Positions 56,163-64,000 of a stretch of DNA of 64,000 bases are shown here, piece by piece. The DNA is taken from positions 731 to 64,730 of the forward strand of contig JAYVSV010000068.1 of assembly GCA_043775015.1 (NCBI GenBank), read 5' to 3'. The translations under genes and the position numbers were made by a program. Every line of letters begins with the position of its first letter. The stretch's first letter is position 1. The notes beneath the pieces are model-generated. The model was not told the DNA's origin, searched no databases, and saw nothing but the letters and a program-made list of their open reading frames with translations. The DNA comes from Verrucomicrobiota bacterium (GTDB lineage Bacteria > Verrucomicrobiota > Verrucomicrobiia > Limisphaerales > CANJXF01).

Positions 56163-58670
56163 CTAGAAAACGAAGATGAATTCGTTCGCATTCAGCATGG
56201 CGCGGCAAAACGACGGCAACCCTTCGTCGCGAACAAATTCTTTCGAGGCATCCATTTCTTTGCGATCCGGTTCGCGTTGAACGGCGAGCGCAAAGGCGCG
56301 ACGAATTTGCGCGGAGGGATCGGCTCCAGCTTCGTTCTGCAAACGTTCGGCGAAGAACCCGGCCTGCTGCATGATGAACGAACTGTTCAGAAGATTCAGC
56401 GCCTGTAACGGAGTCGTGCTTGTGCTGCGCTTCGGCGCAATTTGTCCGGCGTCGGGGCAATCAAAAATGCCAAACACGCCATCCGTGCGTTGGCGGACGA
56501 CGGTGCCGTAAACCATTCTGCGAAAAGTTTCGGGCGGCCACTCGCGGCGCGGAGCGTAAACGCGCACGTAGTTTTCATTCGCTTCGAAAAAACTAAAACC
56601 GGGTCCACCCATTTTCAGGTCGAGCTTTCCAGTGACAGCCAGAATGGAGTCGCGAATCATTTCCGCATCAGAACGGCGCGGCGGAAAACGCCAGAGCAGC
56701 TTCGTGTTCGCGTCGATGGCGACACACTCTTTGCGCGCAGCGCTCGCCTGCCGATAGGTGGCGGAATTCACGATGAGCCGGTGAATGTGTTTCATACTCC
56801 AGCCGTGATCGATGAATTCAGACGCGAGCCAATCGAGCAATTCGGGATGGGTTGGTCGCGCGCCGTTTTTTCCGAAGTCGCTCGGCGTGGCGACGAGGCC
56901 GGCGCCAAAATGATATTGCCAGAGGCGGTTCACCATCACGCGAGCGGTCAGCGGATTTGCGGGATTCACCATCCATTGCGCCAACGCGAGGCGACGCTGT
57001 TGGTCTTCGGTCAAGTCGGCGGAAATTTTTATTGCTGCGCCAATGTTTGTGTTGAGCACGAATGTTATTGGAACAGCGCTCAACGCATTAGGCTTTACCT
57101 CTTCACGTTTCTGCATCGCTTCGCCGCGATAGAGCAGGTGTGTCATTTCAGGTTTCGCATCCAATGACCCTGCATAAACCATCGGGCCATTCGCCAACTC
57201 GGCGATGCGCGGTTTCAATTCCGCGCGTTCGGCGAGTAATTTTTTTGCCGCTTCATTGGAGGCAAGCGCAGGCGAATCCGATTTCTTTTCTTCGCCAAAT
57301 TTCTGACGATCAGCGGATGAAGCCACCACGCGCCAATCGTCCGCTCCAGTGGCAACTTCAATTTTGTAATCCAACGCCAAACGGTCGGTGAAGCGCTGCT
57401 CGCGGTCGCGACCCCACAAGACCTTCGCGATGGTAACCAACTCCGAAAATTCCAGTTCGACCCAGCCTTTGCCGCCTTCGTTGGAAATCCAACTGCGCCC
57501 ATTGCCGTAACGACCGTCGTTGATGTGTTCTGTCCGATGAATCTCTGAATTCGGATAAACGCTGGACGCGCTTGCCTTGGTGCCATTGGTCGCGAGCGCA
57601 ATATTTCTCGGCGTTTTCTCTGTCGTAAAAACTTCCAGTTCATCAATGCATGGCTCAGCGCTGGTCGTCCGGGAAATGGTGAACCGCAAACGCTTTGCTT
57701 GCACTGGTGCAAATCGTTCCAAATTTTTGCGCGCATTCACCGGCAGCCGCACTGCATCCGTCGTCAGCGGATTCGCGAGCGGCTCGAAATTTTCCAGCGC
57801 CGTTTCTACTTCGGTCAGTCGCTCCTGCTTCGTGGCAAGCTCCTTTTTGCGAGCCTCCATATCTCCGGTTCGCAGCGAGCGTTCGCCATGTTTCACCCCT
57901 TCAAACACGGCTTTCATCGCGAAATAATCCTTCTGCGGGATCGGATCAAACTTATGATTGTGACAACGTGCGCAACCCACCGTCAGGCCGAGGAAGGTCG
58001 AACCCGTCACGCCAACCATGTCGTGCAACTCATCGACGCGCTGGTTCGCCGTCAACACCGGGTCAGGGCTTTTCACCTGGTCCCACGGTCCGCCGACGAG
58101 AAATCCCATCGCTTCATCCACGCCAAAAATGTCACCGGCGATTTGTTCGGTAACGAATTGGTCGAACGGTTTATCCTCGTTGAACGTACGAATGACATAA
58201 TCGCGATACGGCCACGCATTCGATCGCGGTTGATTCATTTCAAACCCATTCGATTCCGCGAACCGGACGGTATCGAGCCAATGTCGCGCCCAACTCTCGC
58301 CGTGACGCGGCGATGCCAGTAATTTTTCCACAACCTCTTCGTAGGCGCGCGGCGATTTGCTTTTTTCAAATGCAACCAGATCCTCGGGCGAAGGTGGCAA
58401 ACCGGTGAGATCAAAATAGAGCCGCCGCAACAACGTGCGCTGGTCCGCTTCGCGTGAGGGAGACAAATTGTTTTTGCGCAACTCTGCGGCAACGAACAGG
58501 TCGATGGGATTGCGGGTTGCGAGCCTGCCTTGTGCGACCGGAACGGCCGGACGTTTAATCGGTTTTAAACTCCACCATGCGACATCATTGGTGGTGCCTG
58601 CAAAAGTATTGAAGGCCCAACAAAACAGGGCGACGATTACCCATAAGGTTCGATGGCGCAGAACTGGCAT
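56163..58670 (-). CDS. DUF1549 / F5-8C (discoidin)-like / DUF1553 protein
   Basis: [53 protein letters not shown] and [15 protein letters not shown] motifs. Confidence 0.92.
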   Translation of the reverse strand: MPVLRHRTLWVIVALFCWAFNTFAGTTNDVAWWSLKPIKRPAVPVAQGRLATRNPIDLFVAAELRKNNLSPSREADQRTLLRRLYFDLTGLPPSPEDLVAFEKSKSPRAYEEVVEKLLASPRHGESWARHWLDTVRFAESNGFEMNQPRSNAWPYRDYVIRTFNEDKPFDQFVTEQIAGDIFGVDEAMGFLVGGPWDQVKSPDPVLTANQRVDELHDMVGVTGSTFLGLTVGCARCHNHKFDPIPQKDYFAMKAVFEGVKHGERSLRTGDMEARKKELATKQERLTEVETALENFEPLANPLTTDAVRLPVNARKNLERFAPVQAKRLRFTISRTTSAEPCIDELEVFTTEKTPRNIALATNGTKASASSVYPNSEIHRTEHINDGRYGNGRSWISNEGGKGWVELEFSELVTIAKVLWGRDREQRFTDRLALDYKIEVATGADDWRVVASSADRQKFGEEKKSDSPALASNEAAKKLLAERAELKPRIAELANGPMVYAGSLDAKPEMTHLLYRGEAMQKREEVKPNALSAVPITFVLNTNIGAAIKISADLTEDQQRRLALAQWMVNPANPLTARVMVNRLWQYHFGAGLVATPSDFGKNGARPTHPELLDWLASEFIDHGWSMKHIHRLIVNSATYRQASAARKECVAIDANTKLLWRFPPRRSDAEMIRDSILAVTGKLDLKMGGPGFSFFEANENYVRVYAPRREWPPETFRRMVYGTVVRQRTDGVFGIFDCPDAGQIAPKRSTSTTPLQALNLLNSSFIMQQAGFFAERLQNEAGADPSAQIRRAFALAVQREPDRKEMDASKEFVRDEGLPSFCRAMLNANEFIFVF

Positions 58671-58744
58671 GGGCGAAGATTATTCGCAGTTCTCGCCTTG
58701 AGCAAGGCGTTCCCCGCCGGGCTTACGAAATTTTTCCAGTCAGA

Positions 58745-60085
58745 TCAAACCACTTGAAACGGAGAAAACTTTTTGCCGAGCACCGCTTCGCTCTTCGTTT
58801 TTAACCAGCCTTCCAAAACGCCGGCGTAAACCGTGCGGAAATCAACGGTGTATTTCAAATCGCCGTTCTGTAAATCGCCGGGCGCGAGACTTGGATAGGT
58901 TCCGAGCAAACCCGATTTGATTTTATTTCCGATGACAAACATCGGTGCAGCGGCGCCGTGATCGGTTCCGCCGTTGGCGTTTTCATTTACGCGACGGCCA
59001 AATTCACTGAACGTCATCACGAGAACGCGTTGAAAATTTCCCTGCGCCTTGAGGTCATCCGTGAACGCTTTGATGGAGTCGCCGAGGTCGCGCAACAACC
59101 GCTCGTGCGCGCCGGTCTGGTTCGTGTGCGTGTCATAACCGCCTTGCGAAACATAAAAAACTCTCGTCGGCAAACCACCCGCGATGAGGCTCGAAACCAG
59201 CTTGAGCGATCCACCCAATTGCGACGCGGGATAGCTCGCTTTGTTTTCAAATTTTTTACTAATCGCGAGAATTTGGTCGGAGCTTAATTGCGCATCCATC
59301 GCGGTGCGCTCGATAAAATCCAGCGGCGAACCAGTGTGCTTCACCGAACCAGTCACCGCGCCGATGCTTCCGCCGGAATTGGAATCATCGCTCTGCATCT
59401 CGATTTCTGAGTGATTGAGTTCGCGGTAGGATTTCTCCGAAGCGTTCATTTCGCCTGCCTTGGCTTTATCGCCTGAAACGAACCGGTAGTTCTGTGGATT
59501 ATCAAGGCTGATGCCCATCGGTTTTTTCGCGGCGAACGCTTGGGGCATTTGTCGCCCCACGTTTACGCCAACGGTGGGATCTGCACCCGCGCAGGCATGG
59601 TCAAAATAGCGACCGAGCCAGCCGTATTTCTCAAACTTTTCCGATTCACTTGCGGTCTGCCAAATTTCGGTGGAACGAAAATGCGAACGGTTTGGATTCG
59701 GATAACCAATTCCTTGAACGATTCCCAGACTCCCGGAATCGTAGAGTCCTTTGAATCCGGCCAATCCCGGATGCAGACCGATCGAATCGTTTATTTTCAA
59801 AACATCCTTGCCGGAAAACGCCAGCGAACGACGCGCCTTTTGATAATGATCGTTGCTGTAGGGCACCACCGTATTCAACCCGTCGTTGCCACCCGCCATC
59901 TGCAAAACGACGAGAATGGTCGAGTCGCGTCCGGTCACAATCTGTTTTGAGGAATCGGCTGCGTCGGCTTGCAATGCGGAAAAGGTGTTCGCGAGAAAAG
60001 TTGGAACCGTCCACGCCACCGCTCCACCCAGCATCGTGCCTCGCAAAAATTCGCGACGTGTTTTCAAAGTGATTTCGTTTTTCAT
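58745..60085 (-). CDS. DUF1501 domain protein (DUF1800-associated type)
   Basis: TRREFLR, LQMAGGNDGLNTVVP, PNRSHFRS, GGYDTH and SEFGRR...GTDHG motifs. Confidence 0.93.
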   Translation of the reverse strand: MKNEITLKTRREFLRGTMLGGAVAWTVPTFLANTFSALQADAADSSKQIVTGRDSTILVVLQMAGGNDGLNTVVPYSNDHYQKARRSLAFSGKDVLKINDSIGLHPGLAGFKGLYDSGSLGIVQGIGYPNPNRSHFRSTEIWQTASESEKFEKYGWLGRYFDHACAGADPTVGVNVGRQMPQAFAAKKPMGISLDNPQNYRFVSGDKAKAGEMNASEKSYRELNHSEIEMQSDDSNSGGSIGAVTGSVKHTGSPLDFIERTAMDAQLSSDQILAISKKFENKASYPASQLGGSLKLVSSLIAGGLPTRVFYVSQGGYDTHTNQTGAHERLLRDLGDSIKAFTDDLKAQGNFQRVLVMTFSEFGRRVNENANGGTDHGAAAPMFVIGNKIKSGLLGTYPSLAPGDLQNGDLKYTVDFRTVYAGVLEGWLKTKSEAVLGKKFSPFQVV

Positions 60086-60092
60086 ACGTTGC

Positions 60093-61610
60093 TTAGGTTA
60101 ATTGATATTCCGGAGTGGACATGATCAGCCGAATGGTGTGGCGAATATCCTGGTCATCCAATTCGCCGCGACTGTCGAGAAAATCGCGCAACGTTTGCGC
60201 CTGTTTGGGTTTTAGTTTCGCTTGCAGAAAACGTTTTTCCAGCGCGGGAATGACCAATTCTTTTTGACGCCGTTCTTCCACACTTAAAATTTTGCTGACG
60301 TTAACCACCGGCATCTTCTGCGCCATGCGGTTCGCGACTTCTTCAATTTTCCGCATCCGCTGATTGGACGAGTCCGCAGCCAGGCTTCCCTCAGCCAGCA
60401 CCAACATGGCCGCCTCGTTGTAGCGGTTCAAAAGATTATTGGTGGTGATCCAGCTCAACCCGCCGTCCCATCCTTTCACGTTGGGCGGCATCAACAATTC
60501 CTGGCCGATATTTTTGAGCAACTGCGTGCAAACCAGCGGCGCGGGCAGATCGCGCTCCAATTGCCGCACGCTGCCAACCAGCCATTGCACCGGGCTTTTT
60601 ACCTGCGTGCGAATCACCGAGTCGGCGTAAAATTCCTTGGAACGAAACATCGTGCGCAAGACCGGCTTAAAATTATTTCCCGCGCCACGGAAAACAGAAG
60701 CCAGCGCTTCGATCAACTCCGGCGATGGATTGTCACTGGCGAAAAACTTCCAAATTTTTTCGGTGATAAATCGAGCGGACTGCGGTTGTTCGACAATCAA
60801 TTTCAGAACGTCGAGACCGGTGTAATTTCCCGCTTTACCAAAGACGGTTTTCTCGCTGGCATCGTGCATCGCCTCGCGAAATTCGTATTTCTCCTGGGAG
60901 CGATTGATTGTCCAACCAGTCATGGCGCGAGCGGCTTCGGTCACATCTTTCTCGGTGTAATGGCCCTCGCCCAGAGTGAACAACTCCATCACTTCGCGCG
61001 CGAAATTTTCGTTCGGATGCTGTTTGCGACTTTGCGCCTGATCGAGCCAGATGAGCATCGCCGGATCTTTGGCGACGGCGTAAATTAATTGCAGCCAATT
61101 GCCGGAACCGAGCGTGCGAAACGTCTGGTTTTGCAGCCACATGAAATAAGCATCGCGAACTTTCTGAGCGCTCGTGGCGAAATGCCCGTGCCAAAAAAGC
61201 GTGAGTTTTTCCTGGAGCGGTCGCGGGCCATTCGCCATTCGAGCAAGCCACCAACCGCGCAATTCCAAAATATGAAGTTGCTGGGTGCGTTGTTCATCGC
61301 GCTGCATTTCGCGACGTTTTTCTTCCATCGTGCGGCGCTCTTCTGGCGTGAGCGATTCCTTGCGCGATTGTTCCTGCATTTTTCGGAAGGCGAGAAATTT
61401 ATCGACCCGGCCTGGATCCGGATTGGCCCAGCCGAGTTCGGGTGCTGAGTCAGGAATTTTTTCGTATTCGACAAAAGAATCGACCGCTTTATCCAGCCCA
61501 AGTTTTACCAGTTTTTCAATTTCAGCAGGTGAACCGCCGAAGCCTGCGCGGTTCAACAAATGAGCCGCTGCCGAGTAATTCCACTGCGCAGATGACAAAG
61601 ATTCGAGCAT
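60093..61610 (-). CDS. DUF1800 domain protein
   Basis: AHLLNRAGFG, EKLTLFWHGHFAT, PNENFAREVMELFTLG and PPNVKGWDGG motifs. Confidence 0.94.
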   Translation of the reverse strand: MLESLSSAQWNYSAAAHLLNRAGFGGSPAEIEKLVKLGLDKAVDSFVEYEKIPDSAPELGWANPDPGRVDKFLAFRKMQEQSRKESLTPEERRTMEEKRREMQRDEQRTQQLHILELRGWWLARMANGPRPLQEKLTLFWHGHFATSAQKVRDAYFMWLQNQTFRTLGSGNWLQLIYAVAKDPAMLIWLDQAQSRKQHPNENFAREVMELFTLGEGHYTEKDVTEAARAMTGWTINRSQEKYEFREAMHDASEKTVFGKAGNYTGLDVLKLIVEQPQSARFITEKIWKFFASDNPSPELIEALASVFRGAGNNFKPVLRTMFRSKEFYADSVIRTQVKSPVQWLVGSVRQLERDLPAPLVCTQLLKNIGQELLMPPNVKGWDGGLSWITTNNLLNRYNEAAMLVLAEGSLAADSSNQRMRKIEEVANRMAQKMPVVNVSKILSVEERRQKELVIPALEKRFLQAKLKPKQAQTLRDFLDSRGELDDQDIRHTIRLIMSTPEYQLT

Positions 61611-61803
61611 ACACTTTTGAGACGAGTATTTTGCGAGTTGGGTTACACGGTGCAAAGGATGATTCATAATAAAATCCTCGGAGGCACAACTGCTCCGAGT
61701 CTGTTTAAACCAGCGTGGCACCCGCAAAACAGGAGATGTTATACTCGGGCAGAGCTAAAAATGAAGTTGGCCGGGATGGGAAATGTTGCTATTCTATGCG
61801 CGG

Positions 61804-62841
61804 GTGAAGCCGAAAAAAATTATAGACAAGGTTGCAAGCCGCATTAATTCGTCGCTCATTACGCGTCGCGAAGCCCTCAAGAGGACAGTCATTTTCAGCA
61901 CAAGTTTCCTGACGGCTGGATGGGTGAATTCCTTGCAGGCGAAATCGCCGGACACGAAATATTCCAAGGACGGATTGCACTTTCTCGCCATCGGAGATTT
62001 TGGCCGTGGCAACGCAGATCAAAAAGCCGTCGCGCTGCAGATGGCGGCCTTTGCCAAAAAACTGAACGTGCCTCTCACCGCAGTGCTGGCGTTGGGAGAC
62101 AATTTTTACGGCAAGCATACGCCGGAGCGTTTCACGATTCACTTCGAGGAAATGTATTCCAAAGACGGACTCAATTGCCCGTTTTACGCCTGTCTCGGCA
62201 ATCACGACTACGGCCCGAAATACGATTCCAACCAAGGTCCGGCCAAGGCGCAAATCCAGCTCGATTACGCGAAGGACAATCCCGATTCACGCTGGAAAAT
62301 GCCGGCGAAATGGTATGCGGTGGAATTGCCGGACGCTAAAAAGCCGTTGGTTAAAATTATTTTTCTCGATTGCAATACGATTGAAGGCTCGTTGACTCCG
62401 CAGGAAAAGCTCGCGCAAAAACGTTTTCTCGAAGCGGAGTTGAAAAAGAAAACCGGGGCGCGCTGGCAATGGATGGTGAGTCACTTCCCGATGTTTGGCG
62501 AAACGGTCAAGCGCGGCGATAATTCCAAGGTAATCGAGCAATTGGGAGAACATCTGAAAGCAAATCCCATCTCGTTCTATCTCGCCGGTCATGATCATAA
62601 CCTGCAACATCTCGAAGTGGAAGGTTACAAGACCAGCTTCATCGTTTCAGGAGCTGGCGGCGCGGGATTGTATGACGTTGCGCCCTCGAAACGCGGGTTC
62701 ACGGAGAAGATTCTCGGGTTCACCCACATCCACGTCGCTCGCGATAAAACCACCGTGCAATTCATCGATACGGAAGGACGTTGCCTGCACGCATTCCAAA
62801 GGTCGTTCAACGGCAAAGTGGAAGTGCTTTCGAAAACCTGA
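61804..62841 (+). CDS. Tat-exported purple-acid-phosphatase-type metallophosphoesterase
   Basis: TRREALK signal; GDFG, GDNFY, GNHDY, SH and GHDH metal ligands. Start uncertain. Confidence 0.9.
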   Translation: MKPKKIIDKVASRINSSLITRREALKRTVIFSTSFLTAGWVNSLQAKSPDTKYSKDGLHFLAIGDFGRGNADQKAVALQMAAFAKKLNVPLTAVLALGDNFYGKHTPERFTIHFEEMYSKDGLNCPFYACLGNHDYGPKYDSNQGPAKAQIQLDYAKDNPDSRWKMPAKWYAVELPDAKKPLVKIIFLDCNTIEGSLTPQEKLAQKRFLEAELKKKTGARWQWMVSHFPMFGETVKRGDNSKVIEQLGEHLKANPISFYLAGHDHNLQHLEVEGYKTSFIVSGAGGAGLYDVAPSKRGFTEKILGFTHIHVARDKTTVQFIDTEGRCLHAFQRSFNGKVEVLSKT

Positions 62842-63038
62842 AGTGTTGGAGATGGGATTATCTCGACGGAACCCAGCCTTTTCCTGGAATAAATTCGCGG
62901 CTACCGGTTTTGCAGCCGGCCAAGAGGGTTGATCCTAAAACAACCATGGTGAAAATCAGGAAAAAGAATTTCATGACCTGAATTTATCCTCAATTGTCAG
63001 ACAGGCAAGTCTGCGTCAAATTAGAGCGCGAGACTGAT

Positions 63039-63596
63039 ATGGCAAAATTGGTAAAAAATCTCAAAGGACAACTGCTTCTCGATGGCGGGAAACTTACCGG
63101 CTCGTTTTTCCATCACACGGTCGTGTTGATCTGCGAGCACAATGCGGAGGGGGCGCTCGGGCTTGTTCTCAATCGCGATAACGGCAACAAAGTGGGTGAG
63201 ATGCTGGTCGCCGATTTACCCGACGCACTCAAAGAGCAATCGCTTTTTCTTGGGGGTCCCGTTCAACCTGCGGCGCTCAGTTTCCTCCACAGCGACACTT
63301 TTCTTCCCACGGCAAACGTTCTGAGCAATTTAAGCGTGGGACATTCACTGGAGGCTTTGGTGGACATTGGCGAATCATTTTCGAGTACGCAAAAGGTTAA
63401 AATTTTTTCGGGTTACTGCGGTTGGAGTCCGGGCCAATTGGAAGCAGAAGTGAAAAACGACGCGTGGCTGGTTCACCCCGCCACGATCGACTTGGTGTTC
63501 AACAATGAACCCGGCCTCTGGAAAACGATTCTCGATTTGAAAGGATGGCAATACAAGTTGACGGGGCAAAGTCCGGAAGATTTGTCGTGGAATTGA
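63039..63596 (+). CDS. YqgE/AlgH family protein
   Basis: FHHTVVLICEH...GALGLVLNR, FLGGPV and FSGYCGWSPGQLEAE motifs. Confidence 0.92.
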   Translation: MAKLVKNLKGQLLLDGGKLTGSFFHHTVVLICEHNAEGALGLVLNRDNGNKVGEMLVADLPDALKEQSLFLGGPVQPAALSFLHSDTFLPTANVLSNLSVGHSLEALVDIGESFSSTQKVKIFSGYCGWSPGQLEAEVKNDAWLVHPATIDLVFNNEPGLWKTILDLKGWQYKLTGQSPEDLSWN

Positions 63597-63635
63597 TGAA
63601 CCGTTTTCAACATTAAATTCCTGAGTCTTCCCTCC

Positions 63636-63998
63636 TCATCTGAGCGCCAGCCACCACGTCAGCAAGGTCAAACCAGTCAGGAACAAAATGGAGAGGCCGT
63701 TGGCCCATTTGCCACGAACAATTGCGGGTAAAAAATGCAGAGCAACTCCGATGATGGCTCCGCAAAAAAATCCGCCGACATGAGCAACAATATCGGTGCC
63801 TTCAGCGAATCCCATTAAAACTAAAACAAGGAACGCGGCGGCTGCGCCACGACGAATTAAATGAGTGGCCCGGGTTGTTCGCCAGGCGGCAATTCCTTCC
63901 ACGGCCAGCAACCCGAGCGCCCCCATGACCATTCCCGAAGCGCCGAGGCTGCGATGCGGCTCCGGGTAAACTAAAAATCCAGCGACATTGCCCCCGGC
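63636..63998 (-). CDS. Rhomboid intramembrane serine protease, C-terminal part (5' end outside the window)
   Basis: Frame open to the window end; SLGASG catalytic Ser motif and AHVGGF catalytic His motif. Confidence 0.88.
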   Translation of the reverse strand, partial: AGGNVAGFLVYPEPHRSLGASGMVMGALGLLAVEGIAAWRTTRATHLIRRGAAAAFLVLVLMGFAEGTDIVAHVGGFFCGAIIGVALHFLPAIVRGKWANGLSILFLTGLTLLTWWLALR

Positions 63999-64000
63999 TC

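Noticed and set aside
62885-62905. Half REP-like motif (GTAGCCGCGAATTTATTC on the minus strand)
   Set aside because: The palindrome is incomplete and there is no second arm.
1-64000. tRNA, rRNA, transposase, prophage or reverse transcriptase genes
   Set aside because: None recognised by eye; a tRNAscan/Infernal run would be needed to exclude small RNAs formally.

Overview
Chromosomal window from a PVC-superphylum bacterium, most likely Verrucomicrobia. The inference rests on the DUF1549/DUF1553/DUF1501/DUF1800 genes, planctomycete-type cytochrome c domains and a PVC-type CxxCH protein. About 50 CDS are recognisable by motif. Housekeeping genes include comEC, pdxJ-acpS-apbE, ugd, mutT, a tandem ndk, aroC and a hemE-hemN-hemY-hemH operon. 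Many exported redox or hydrolytic proteins are of unknown function. I saw no tRNA, rRNA, CRISPR array, transposase or integrase. Four points stand out. (1) An apparent lone integron gene cassette carries a CPBP/CAAX protease: its ends are exactly complementary (GTTAGATGCC ... GGCATCTAAC), it has a degenerate attC and an attI-like left flank, and no intI lies nearby. (2) An ApbE gene sits next to a cytochrome c/FGE-fold protein and a Tat oxidoreductase, and the FGE-fold protein carries a candidate non-canonical flavinylation motif. (3) A tight esterase, ceramidase-like and GH31 operon suggests glycolipid catabolism. (4) There are several REP-like and short-period palindromic elements, one of which supplies a stop codon and is probably translated. 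All family calls come from motif recognition by eye, not from database searches. Start codons are best estimates.
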